From positions 1,481 to 65,480 of the IMG/VR virus record IMGVR_UViG_3300014205_000023: DNA of 64,000 bases. One strand, given 5' to 3'. Below the pieces are notes generated by a model. It ran no database searches. It worked only from the letters and a program-made list of their open reading frames with translations, and was not told the DNA's origin. Source of the DNA: a virus. Its lineage: Duplodnaviria; Caudoviricetes. Position numbers and translations under genes: made by a program. Below, one piece after another: positions 27,247-35,422 of this stretch (position 1 is the stretch's first letter; each line of letters begins with the position of its first letter).

Positions 27247-27991
27247 GCACCTATCAGCGATCCTGATCGAGGGTGGAGAGCTACTCCACAGCGACGTGAC
27301 GGACAGCCACGAGGCGCTCATCGCGGCGCGCGGCCTGCGAGACGGCCACGCACAGCTCGGGCGTTTCGTTCGCGTCGAGCTGGTCTGGCCAGACGACCCC
27401 GAGCGCATCGCGGACGTCGAGGCGTGGACGCTGCACCTGGACGAGCCGTCCGCGCCAGACTGGTGGACCGACGATGTGCAGGCGGACTGTGCGCGTCGGC
27501 TTCGCGCTGTCGTGGCGCGCGAGCTGCTGGCCGACGAGCGCGCGTGCGTACTCGGTGGGTGCTGGGTCGTGCTGCCGGGGGCCAGGCTCGGGCGGCTCGT
27601 GGGCGGGCGGATCGCATGGGCGCGCAGCGCGGACCTGCGCAGCGCGGACCTGCGCAGCGCGAACCTGGGCGGCGCGGACCTGCGCAGCGCGAACCTGGGC
27701 GGCGCGGACCTGGGTGGCGCGGACCTGAGCTACGCGGACCTGCGCAGCGCGAACCTGGGCGGCGCGGACCTGCGCAGCGCGAACCTGGGCGGCGCGGACC
27801 TGGGTGGCGCGGACCTGAGCTACGCGAACCTGAGCGGCGCGAACCTGGGTGGCGTGGAACTGAGCGGCGCGAACCTGCGCGGCGCAGCTCGCTGCTCGTG
27901 TCCCAATCACCAGATCCATGGCTGGCGACGGCTCGACAATGGGACGCTGGCCCGCGACACGGAAACACCGGTCGGTGAGGTGCAGCCATGA
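27239..27991 (+). CDS. Pentapeptide repeat protein (start approximate)
   Basis: About 17 A(D/N)Lxx repeats ([15 protein letters not shown]) after an N-terminal domain. Confidence 0.9.
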   Translation: MCKHLSAILIEGGELLHSDVTDSHEALIAARGLRDGHAQLGRFVRVELVWPDDPERIADVEAWTLHLDEPSAPDWWTDDVQADCARRLRAVVARELLADERACVLGGCWVVLPGARLGRLVGGRIAWARSADLRSADLRSANLGGADLRSANLGGADLGGADLSYADLRSANLGGADLRSANLGGADLGGADLSYANLSGANLGGVELSGANLRGAARCSCPNHQIHGWRRLDNGTLARDTETPVGEVQP

Positions 27992-28371
27992 CCAGCCATG
28001 CCACGCGCGCGCGCGAATCGTCTACGTGCGAGCCGGCCGACGCCGACCCGTGCGCCACGACCCAGCGCTGCCATGGTTGCGACCTGGCCGAGTGCGAGTG
28101 TTGCAGCGACGAACCGGACGAGGACGAACAGGACAACACCTGCCGCGCCTGCGCCGGCACTGGCATCGGCCACGGCGACCCTGACACGAGCCGGTGCGGG
28201 CAGTGCGGTGGTCGCGGGTACCACCGCGCCGAGTGCGACCCTGACGAGAACTACGAGAGGATGTGCGAGGACCGCGAGTTCTGGGCCGACGTGCGCAGGT
28301 TCGAGCCGTGCGACGACGGCGACTATGGGGACGGGGTTGAGGTGTTCTGCACGGGGGCGCGCAGGCCATGA
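27988..28371 (+). CDS. Cys/acidic protein with DnaJ-like CxxCxGxG motifs
   Basis: [16 protein letters not shown]. Confidence 0.6.
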   Translation: MTSHATRARESSTCEPADADPCATTQRCHGCDLAECECCSDEPDEDEQDNTCRACAGTGIGHGDPDTSRCGQCGGRGYHRAECDPDENYERMCEDREFWADVRRFEPCDDGDYGDGVEVFCTGARRP

Positions 28372-28524
28372 CCGCCCGCGACCGCGAGCGCGCCGACTAC
28401 TTCGCTGCCGACGTGCTCTGCGAAGTGCTGGGCGACGGAAGGATCGTTGAAGCGACGGACCTAGCGGAAGCGGTCGAGGCGGCGGGGCTCTGTGACGACG
28501 AACTGGACGAGGAGGGATGAGACA

Positions 28525-29574
28525 ATGGACCTGCTAACCACAAGCCGCATGCGCGCCTACCAGGCGTGCCCCAGGCTGCACCAATACGAGTATGAGCTTG
28601 GCTATCGGCTCGCGGTCGAAGCCGAGGAGCTGCGCTTCGGCACCTTGTGGCATGAGGGGCAGGCCGCATGGTGGCTCGCCGACAGCGCGCGCTTGGAGGC
28701 CGGCATCGATGCCATCCGGCGCAACTCGGCATACCAATTCGACGCCGTGAAGGCCGAGGAGTTGTTGTTGGGCTACGACGCAATGTGGAGCGGCGAAGCG
28801 CTCACGGTGCTCGCCGTCGAGGTCGAGTTTGCGTGCGACCTGCGCAACCCCGAGACCGGCGCCGCAAGCCGCACGTTCAAGCTCGGAGGAAAGCTCGACG
28901 GCGTCACGCTAGACGCCGCGGAGCGCGCCCTCATCGTCGAGCACAAGACAACGTCGAAGGACATAGCCGACGGCTCAGAGTACTGGCGCCGCCTACAGCT
29001 CGATTCGCAGGTGAGCACTTACTACGAGGGCGCGCGAGCGCTCGGGCACGAGCCGCAAGGGTGCATCTATGACGTCGTGCACAAGCCGACGATTCGCCCC
29101 TACCAGGCAACGCCGGTCGAGCTGAGGAAGTACACCAAGGCTACGAAGGACAAGCCGAGCGCGCTTTACGCGAACCAGCACGAAGCCGACGAGACGCCAG
29201 AAGACTTCCGCGTGCGGCTGCGCCAGAGCATCGTTGAGGAGCCGGGCCGCTACTATCGCCGCGGAATCGTCGTGCGTCTCGAAGAGGACGAGCGCGATGC
29301 GGCCTTCGACCGGTGGCAGACGGCCGCCGCCATCCGCGAAGCCCGCCGCGCCGGGCGCTGGCCACGCAACCCCGACGCCTGCGACCGATGGGGGCGCACG
29401 TGTCCCTACTTCGACGTGTGCACGCGCACCGCTTCGCTGGACGATCCGCTGCGCTTCCGTCGCGCCGAGCGCACCCACGAAGAACTTTCGACAGCCATTC
29501 AACCAGTCAGCACGAAGGAGACCGACGACAATGCAAACAGCAGCAACAGCACTCAAGCCAGCGACGCCGCGTAA
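28525..29574 (+). CDS. PD-(D/E)XK exonuclease (RecB/AddB/Cas4-like, probable Fe-S)
   Basis: CPR...RFGTLWH, GKLDG, IVEHKTT, QVSTY, C-terminal C..C..C. Confidence 0.85.
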   Translation: MDLLTTSRMRAYQACPRLHQYEYELGYRLAVEAEELRFGTLWHEGQAAWWLADSARLEAGIDAIRRNSAYQFDAVKAEELLLGYDAMWSGEALTVLAVEVEFACDLRNPETGAASRTFKLGGKLDGVTLDAAERALIVEHKTTSKDIADGSEYWRRLQLDSQVSTYYEGARALGHEPQGCIYDVVHKPTIRPYQATPVELRKYTKATKDKPSALYANQHEADETPEDFRVRLRQSIVEEPGRYYRRGIVVRLEEDERDAAFDRWQTAAAIREARRAGRWPRNPDACDRWGRTCPYFDVCTRTASLDDPLRFRRAERTHEELSTAIQPVSTKETDDNANSSNSTQASDAA

Positions 29575-30493
29575 GCCAGAGCCAGCGAAGCCGCTTCGGA
29601 TGACGCTCGACGCCATCACAAGCGGGCGGCGCAAGCGTCCCATGCGCGTCTTGCTCTACGGCACCGAAGGCATCGGAAAGAGTACGTGGGCAAGTGGTGC
29701 CCCGGCGCCCGTGTACCTCGGCACCGAGGACGGCACGGCCCAACTCGACGTCGCGCGCTTCCCAGAGCCACAGACGTGGGGTGAAGCGCTCCAAGCCGTC
29801 GACACGCTCACGACGCAGGAGCACGTCTACAAGACGCTCGTGGTCGACACGCTCGACTGGCTGGAACCGCTTGCGTGGGATGACGTGTGCGGCAAGGCCG
29901 GCGTCGACAACATCGAATCGCTTGGCTACGGCAAAGGCTACGTGGCTGCGCTCGACCGCTGGCGCGACCTGCTGGCAAGGCTCGACGTGCTGCGCGACAA
30001 GCGCGGGATGCACGTCATCTTGCTGGCTCACTCGTGGATCAAGACGTTCCGCAACCCCGAGGCTGACGACTTCGACCGCTACGAGCTGAAGCTCCACGCC
30101 AAGTCTGCGGGGCTCGTCAAGGAGTGGTGCGACGCGGTACTGTTCGCGGCCTACGAGACGCTCGTTGCCGAGAAAGACAAGCGCGTGCGCGGCGTCGACA
30201 CCGGCGCACGCATCGCGCACACCGAACGCCGAGCGGCCTGGGACGCGAAGAACCGGTACGGGCTTCCAGCGCAGCTCCCGCTTGACTGGTCGGCATTCGT
30301 CGAAGCCGTCGAGGTCGGGGCCCCCGCCAGCGCGACGGCGCTCGCCGCGCGCATCACGGAAGCTCTCGAAAAGGCGCCGGCCGACCTGGCAGCCAAGGTG
30401 CGCGTCGCGGTCGACGCGGCCAAGCAGGACGCCGGCCAGCTCGCACGCATCCTCGACAAGCTCACTGCAAAGCTCAACATTCAACAGCAGTAG
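29531..30493 (+). CDS. Sak4-like / AAA_24 ATPase recombination protein
   Basis: LLYGTEGIGKS, YKTLVVDTLDWLE, GYGKGY, ILLAH, EWCDAVLF, AKNRYGLP. Confidence 0.88.
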   Translation: MQTAATALKPATPRKPEPAKPLRMTLDAITSGRRKRPMRVLLYGTEGIGKSTWASGAPAPVYLGTEDGTAQLDVARFPEPQTWGEALQAVDTLTTQEHVYKTLVVDTLDWLEPLAWDDVCGKAGVDNIESLGYGKGYVAALDRWRDLLARLDVLRDKRGMHVILLAHSWIKTFRNPEADDFDRYELKLHAKSAGLVKEWCDAVLFAAYETLVAEKDKRVRGVDTGARIAHTERRAAWDAKNRYGLPAQLPLDWSAFVEAVEVGAPASATALAARITEALEKAPADLAAKVRVAVDAAKQDAGQLARILDKLTAKLNIQQQ

Positions 30494-30506
30494 GGAGACA
30501 ACGACA

Positions 30507-31019
30507 ATGATGAATCCAGGACGATACACGGCGCGCGCAGTGGATGCGGCGCTTGGCTACACGGCAGGCGGGAAGGAGCAGGTCGCGGTTGCGTTCCAGA
30601 TCATCGGCGGCGAGCACGACGGCGAGGCGCTGCAGTGGTACGGCTACTTCACCGAGAAGACCACGGAGCGCACTATCGACAGCCTGCGCGCGTGCGGCTG
30701 GACCGGTGACAACATCGCGCAGCTCGACGGCATCAGCGCCAACGAGGTTTCGTTGGTCGTGGTGCACGAGGCCGACCAGAACGGCGACATGCAGGTCCGC
30801 GTGAAGTGGGTGAACCGCGCGGGCTCGGGAGCAATCCAGCTCAAGAGCCGCATGGACCAGGGGCAGGCGCTGCAGTTCGCGCAGCGCATGCGCGGCAACG
30901 TTCTCGCGTTCGACAAGCAACAGGTTGCGCGCACCGGAGGGAACGGTGCGGCGGCAAGACCTGCGCAGAGCGGCAACCGCGCGCCCGCCCCAGTGGATGA
31001 CGATCCGCTGCCATTCTGA
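30507..31019 (+). CDS. ssDNA-binding protein (DUF669-like)
   Basis: PGRYTARAV..., acidic DDDPLPF tail; follows the Sak4-like gene. Confidence 0.8.
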   Translation: MMNPGRYTARAVDAALGYTAGGKEQVAVAFQIIGGEHDGEALQWYGYFTEKTTERTIDSLRACGWTGDNIAQLDGISANEVSLVVVHEADQNGDMQVRVKWVNRAGSGAIQLKSRMDQGQALQFAQRMRGNVLAFDKQQVARTGGNGAAARPAQSGNRAPAPVDDDPLPF

Positions 31020-31089
31020 CCCAGCTCGCGCAGCGCCCGCCCGGCAGCGCCCAACGGTGCCCCGGGCTTGAGGGCGTAGGAGGATAGCG

Positions 31090-31332
31090 ATGCGTTCACT
31101 ACTTGTTCTGGCTCTGGCCCTCACGGCAACGGCGTGCACCGACAACGAGGGGGCCACGCGCGCCCTGGAATCAATGGGCATGAGCGACATTCAGCTAACC
31201 GGCTACGAGTGGACCACGTGTTCCGATAGCGACACGTTCCACACCGGGTTCCGCGCGACGAATCAGGCCGGAAAAAAGGTGTCCGGCGTAGTCTGTTGCG
31301 GGTGGTTCAAGGACTGCACCGTTCGGTTTTGA
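31090..31332 (+). CDS. Small lipoprotein
   Basis: Signal peptide with lipobox ATAC; CSDSD..GF.A...SGVVCCG. Confidence 0.8.
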   Translation: MRSLLVLALALTATACTDNEGATRALESMGMSDIQLTGYEWTTCSDSDTFHTGFRATNQAGKKVSGVVCCGWFKDCTVRF

Positions 31333-31401
31333 AGCCGCGCCAGCCCAGCGGCATCCGAGTGCGAGCCTCGGACTGGCGACCAACCGACAGGAGAGACGAC
31401 G

Positions 31402-31728
31402 ATGGGAACACGAGTCTATGGCGCGAGCGACGACCTGATCGAATTCGAGGGCGACTTAAGCGGCGAGGTCAGCTGCTACGGCACGGACGACGACGGGCAC
31501 ACCGGCGTGCTGCTCACGTTCAGCGACGGCACGATCCTGGTGGTGAAGTACGGCAAGCCCGGCTGCGGCGGCGTTTGGGGCATCACGACCGTTCACGCCG
31601 GGAAGATGCTCGACCGGATCGATGCGTGCTCGGACGAGGATGCCGACCCGCATAGCGACCAGGCCTTCTTCAAGGAAGGCGTGAGCCTCAAGTGCTGGGC
31701 GGCGACGCAGTGGGAAGTCGTGCATTGA
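31402..31728 (+). CDS. Hypothetical protein (cassette 1)
   Basis: VYGASDDLIEFEGD; starts in the repeat. Confidence 0.8.
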   Translation: MGTRVYGASDDLIEFEGDLSGEVSCYGTDDDGHTGVLLTFSDGTILVVKYGKPGCGGVWGITTVHAGKMLDRIDACSDEDADPHSDQAFFKEGVSLKCWAATQWEVVH

Positions 31729-31777
31729 CCGGCGCTGCGCTGGCCGTGACCGAAACCAACCGACAGGAGAGACGACG

Positions 31778-32650
31778 ATGGCAGACAAGTCCAAGATCAG
31801 CTGGTGCGATGCGACGTGGCAAGTCGTAGCGGGTTGCTCCCCAGTGTCTCCCGGCTGCGCGAATTGCTACAGTGCGCGGTTGCTCGCTACCCGCCACCGT
31901 CATCTGCCGTGGGCGCGCGGGCTCGCAGTGTACGACGACAGCGGCGATGGCGAGCGGAAGGCGCACTGGACCGGCAGGGTGGTGTGCCGGCGAGACCAGC
32001 TCACGTGGCCGTTCCACAAGCGCGCTCCGCTCGTGGTGTTCGTCGGCGACCGCGGAGACCTGTTCCACGCTGCCGTGCCAGACCGGTTCATAGCCGAAGT
32101 GTTCACGGCCGCCTACCTGTCGCAACACACGTTCCTGATGTTGACGAAACGGCCGCAGCGAATGTGTGAGTACGTGACCGCGCGGACCGCCAGCGACGAC
32201 GACGCGATTCGCAACATCTGGCTCGGCACCACCGTCGAGGACCAGCAACGCCACGACGAGCGCGTGCCCATCCTGCGCGAGACGCCCGCCGCGCTGCGGT
32301 TCCTGTCGGTCGAGCCGCTGCTCGGGCCGGTCAAGCTCGATCTGCGCGGGGTTGGCTGGGTTATCGTTGGCGGGGAGAGCGGGCCGGGCGCGAGGCCGTG
32401 CCACCGGGAATGGGTCACCAGCATCGTGCGACAGTGCAAAGATGCGGCTGTCCCGGTGTGGGTCAAGCAGCTCGGCGCTAATCAGCGCTACGACTTCGGA
32501 GCGAGCCACCCGTTCCCACGACAGCGCTCCGGTTCCGACATGGCCGAGTGGCCCATTGACCTGCGCATTCGTGAGCGGCCAGCGATTGGCGCTGCGCGGG
32601 CCGTGACCGAAACCAACCGACAGGAGAAACGACGATGGGACGAACGTTGA
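31778..32650 (+). CDS. Gp37/Gp68 family (DUF5131) protein (cassette 2)
   Basis: SKISWCDATW..GCSPVSPGCANCY, LTKRPQR, IWLGTTVEDQ, FLSVEPLLG, WVIVGGESGPGARP, VWVKQLG. Confidence 0.92.
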   Translation: MADKSKISWCDATWQVVAGCSPVSPGCANCYSARLLATRHRHLPWARGLAVYDDSGDGERKAHWTGRVVCRRDQLTWPFHKRAPLVVFVGDRGDLFHAAVPDRFIAEVFTAAYLSQHTFLMLTKRPQRMCEYVTARTASDDDAIRNIWLGTTVEDQQRHDERVPILRETPAALRFLSVEPLLGPVKLDLRGVGWVIVGGESGPGARPCHREWVTSIVRQCKDAAVPVWVKQLGANQRYDFGASHPFPRQRSGSDMAEWPIDLRIRERPAIGAARAVTETNRQEKRRWDER

Positions 32651-33354
32651 GGCGAGTGCCAATGGATTTCGATCACCCAATCGGCAAGCTGTGGCCCGGG
32701 TACGTACCGCCGACCTGGCGGCCGTGCCCGAAGTCTGGCGTCGACTGCTTCAGCGGCGGCACCGCGGCCGGCGCGTGGCTGGAGTCGATTGCGCGCCTAA
32801 TCGCCATGGTTGGAGACGAGGGCGCGGTCTCGACCCAGGCGGCGGGACTTCGGGCGCGCGGACGAACCTACCCGCATCCGTACCTTACCTCATGGGATCA
32901 GGCACCAAGGAACCGCGTTCGCGGCGGGCTCGTCCCGCTGACCGACGACCTGCGCGCGCTGGTAGAGGGTCTATCTGGAACGAAGCACGGCAACAGTCTC
33001 CTCGGCTTCGATGCGTACCGGATCGCGCACAAGCTGGCAGAGGTCGCGGGCATGCCCGATCGGTGGGATTGGTGCAAGGTGTGCAACGGAACTGGCACCC
33101 ACCCGGACGACATCGCGGCGTCCGAGAGCTGGGAGCCGACGCACCCACCTACCGGAGACGGCTACCAGCTATGGGAGACGACCTCCGAGGGGTCTCCGGA
33201 ATCGCCAGTGTTCGCTTCGCTCGACGAGCTGTGCTCGTGGTGCGCAGACAACGCCACGACGTTCGCCAACTATCGTGCGAGCGCTGCCAAGTGGCGCGAG
33301 ATGCTAGACACCAACCTCGTGATGCACGTCGAGGGCAATGTGGCGTTCATGTGA
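32635..33354 (+). CDS. Hypothetical protein (cassette 3)
   Basis: MGRTLRRVPMDFD..W...PPTGDGYQLWETTSEGSPESPVF. Confidence 0.8.
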   Translation: MGRTLRRVPMDFDHPIGKLWPGYVPPTWRPCPKSGVDCFSGGTAAGAWLESIARLIAMVGDEGAVSTQAAGLRARGRTYPHPYLTSWDQAPRNRVRGGLVPLTDDLRALVEGLSGTKHGNSLLGFDAYRIAHKLAEVAGMPDRWDWCKVCNGTGTHPDDIAASESWEPTHPPTGDGYQLWETTSEGSPESPVFASLDELCSWCADNATTFANYRASAAKWREMLDTNLVMHVEGNVAFM

Positions 33355-33403
33355 CCGGCGCTGCGCGGGCCGTGACCGAAACCAACCGACAGGAGAAACG
33401 ACG

Positions 33404-33712
33404 ATGGCAAAGAAGATCAAGACAGCGAAGCGAACGACCAAGACCAAGGCGCAGTGGGAGCTTGAAGTGCGCGAGCTGCAGGACCGCATCTATGAGCACC
33501 TGCGAGAGGGGAACGCGGTGGCCAAACGCGCCGATGACCTAGCCTCCCAGCTCACCGCAGTCCGCGCCGAGTTGGCGAAGCAGACGGCATCCTGCGCGCA
33601 TGCCAACGGCGAGGCGGACGCGCTCAAGCTGGCCATGCGCATGCTGGCCAACACGATCATCGGCAAAGAGACGTTCAGCTCGTGGCCGTGGCAGGCGCCC
33701 GAAGCGAAGTGA
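33404..33712 (+). CDS. Coiled-coil protein (cassette 4)
   Basis: Starts in repeat copy 4. Confidence 0.7.
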   Translation: MAKKIKTAKRTTKTKAQWELEVRELQDRIYEHLREGNAVAKRADDLASQLTAVRAELAKQTASCAHANGEADALKLAMRMLANTIIGKETFSSWPWQAPEAK

Positions 33713-33749
33713 ACCGCCCGCCCTGCGCGGCAAAGGAGGGAGTCTAGCG

Positions 33750-34325
33750 ATGCGACTATGGAAGGTACTGAGCGAGGACGGCGCGAGCTGCCACGGCGGG
33801 GACGCGAAGTGGAGCCTGCCGCGCGACAGTCGGCCCGGCGAGTGGATGCCCAAGCGCGATCCGGTGCTGTGCGTGTCGGGCTACCACCTATGCCGCGACG
33901 AGGATTTGGTCCACTGGCTCGGGCCGCGCATCTGGCGAGCCGAGGCGAGCGGCGAGATCCTGGTCGGCGACGATAAGGTCTGCGCCGAGCGGGTGCGGCT
34001 AGTGGCGCCCACGGTATGGGATGAGCCGCTTGCGCGCCGGTTCGCTGCGCTATGTGCCTGGCGCGCATTGTGCCGCGAGCGCCGCGCTGGACGTGAGCCG
34101 CACGCAGACAGCTGGGTCGCGGTCCGAGCGGCTCTGGCCCATTCGCGCGGCGAGATCGGAGGCGATGAGTTGGCTGCGGCGAGGGATGCGGCGTGGGCTG
34201 CGGCGAGGGATGCGGCGTGGGCTGCGGCGGGGGATGCGGCGAGGGCTGCGGCGGGGGCTGCGGAACGAGCGGCGCAGACGCGGATTTTGCTGCGGGTGAT
34301 CGCCAGAGCGGCGAAGGAGGGATGA
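33750..34325 (+). CDS. Hypothetical protein with AARDAAW repeats
   Basis: CVSGYHLC...DKVCAERVRLV plus tandem AARDAAWA repeats. Confidence 0.75.
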   Translation: MRLWKVLSEDGASCHGGDAKWSLPRDSRPGEWMPKRDPVLCVSGYHLCRDEDLVHWLGPRIWRAEASGEILVGDDKVCAERVRLVAPTVWDEPLARRFAALCAWRALCRERRAGREPHADSWVAVRAALAHSRGEIGGDELAAARDAAWAAARDAAWAAAGDAARAAAGAAERAAQTRILLRVIARAAKEG

Positions 34326-34329
34326 GGGG

Positions 34330-34752
34330 ATGAGCGACAAGCGACCGACGAGGGCGGAGGTAATCGCGGACGAGCTGGGCATCGGCAGCCGCTTCGTGCC
34401 AAATCACGTACTGGCCGCGGCTGTGCTGGGCGCGTGCTACGCATCCGTGCTCCGCGGCGCCTGCCGAATGCGCGACCTGTACCGCGCGTGCCGAGAGGAC
34501 TATGGGCGGCTGGTCACGGCTCTGCGCGAAACCGACGCGCTGCGCATCGCCGAGCAGCGCCGCGCTGAGCAAGCCGAAGCTGAGCTGGTGCGTGTGCAAG
34601 ACCTGTGGGTCAAGTCCGACCAGCTGCGCCAAGGGCAGGTAGACCGCGCCGAGGACCTGCAGAGCGAGCTGGAGCGGCTCGTTGCGTGGTGCGAGAGGTG
34701 CGGGCATGGGTGCGACGGGCTGCGCGGCGCGCGGCAGGGAGGTGGGAAGTGA
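34330..34752 (+). CDS. Coiled-coil hypothetical protein
   Basis: RAEQAEAE motif. Confidence 0.65.
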   Translation: MSDKRPTRAEVIADELGIGSRFVPNHVLAAAVLGACYASVLRGACRMRDLYRACREDYGRLVTALRETDALRIAEQRRAEQAEAELVRVQDLWVKSDQLRQGQVDRAEDLQSELERLVAWCERCGHGCDGLRGARQGGGK

Positions 34753-35072
34753 GCCTAGACGTGTACCTATCCGAGACGCGGCCAGTGGACATCTACCAGG
34801 CCAACATAACGCACAACCTCAACACCATGGCCGCGGAGGCAGGCATCTATGAGGCCCTATGGCGCCCAGACGAGCACGGGATCACCCACGCGCGGCAGCT
34901 CATTGAGCCGCTGCGTGCCGGACTTGCGCTGCTCATCGCCGAGCCGGAGCGGTTCGCGAAGCACAACCCGAGCAACGGGTGGGGGAGCTACGATGGGCTC
35001 GTTGCTTTCGTGCGCGAGTACCTAGCGGCGTGCGAGAAGAACCCGGACGCGCAAGTGCGGGTGTGGCGATGA
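34749..35072 (+). CDS. Conserved phage protein, paralogue of 18908..19222
   Basis: GTG start; SLDVYL..NITHNL..NPSNGWGSY. Confidence 0.8.
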   Translation: MSLDVYLSETRPVDIYQANITHNLNTMAAEAGIYEALWRPDEHGITHARQLIEPLRAGLALLIAEPERFAKHNPSNGWGSYDGLVAFVREYLAACEKNPDAQVRVWR

Positions 35073-35422
35073 GCGACCGAATCGACCTCGACGCGCTTGA
35101 CGCGGCGGTGGCAGGGATGACGCCGGGAGAGTGGCGTAGATCGGTCGCGAGCCACTACGACGTTGTAACAGACGCTACCCCGTACGGGTCCAGGCTGGTC
35201 GTGGACGTCCAAGAGCACAGCGACGCGGCCGGCATCATCGCCCTACGCAACGCCGCCCCCTCGCTCCTAGCCGAGCTGCGCGAGCTGCGGGCGTGGCGGG
35301 AGCGGCGAGAGCGGGAGCGGTGCGAGACGTGCGCCCGGAATCGCTCCGTGCGCGGTGAACTGGTCGGTTGCGGCCGTGATATTGACGGGTGTGCCGACTG
35401 GCGCGGGAAGGGGGAGAAGTGA
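35069..35422 (+). CDS. Ead/Ea22-like protein
   Basis: DLDAL..MTPGEWR...DAAGIIALRNAAPSLLAELREL. Confidence 0.7.
   Translation: MSDRIDLDALDAAVAGMTPGEWRRSVASHYDVVTDATPYGSRLVVDVQEHSDAAGIIALRNAAPSLLAELRELRAWRERRERERCETCARNRSVRGELVGCGRDIDGCADWRGKGEK

Larger units (their letters stand above)
31379..33407 (+). repeat. Four copies of a leader repeat (27/56/51/56 bp), each ending at a start codon
   Basis: TGACCGGCGCTGCGC(T/G)GGCCGTGACCGAAACCAACCGACAGGAGA(G/A)ACGACGATGG at 31726-31781 and 33352-33407 (54/56 identical), 32588-32638 (51/51 vs copy 4), and partial at 31379-31405. Confidence 0.97.

Noticed and set aside
28525-33407. Cas4-like nuclease plus repeats read as a CRISPR system
   Set aside because: The spacers are whole genes of 350-860 bp, no cas1/cas2 or effector is present, and the nuclease sits in a standard exonuclease-SSAP-SSB trio.
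34181-34262. Tandem GCGGCGAGGGATGCGGCGTGGGCT repeats
   Set aside because: These simply encode the common phage AARDAAW low-complexity tract.
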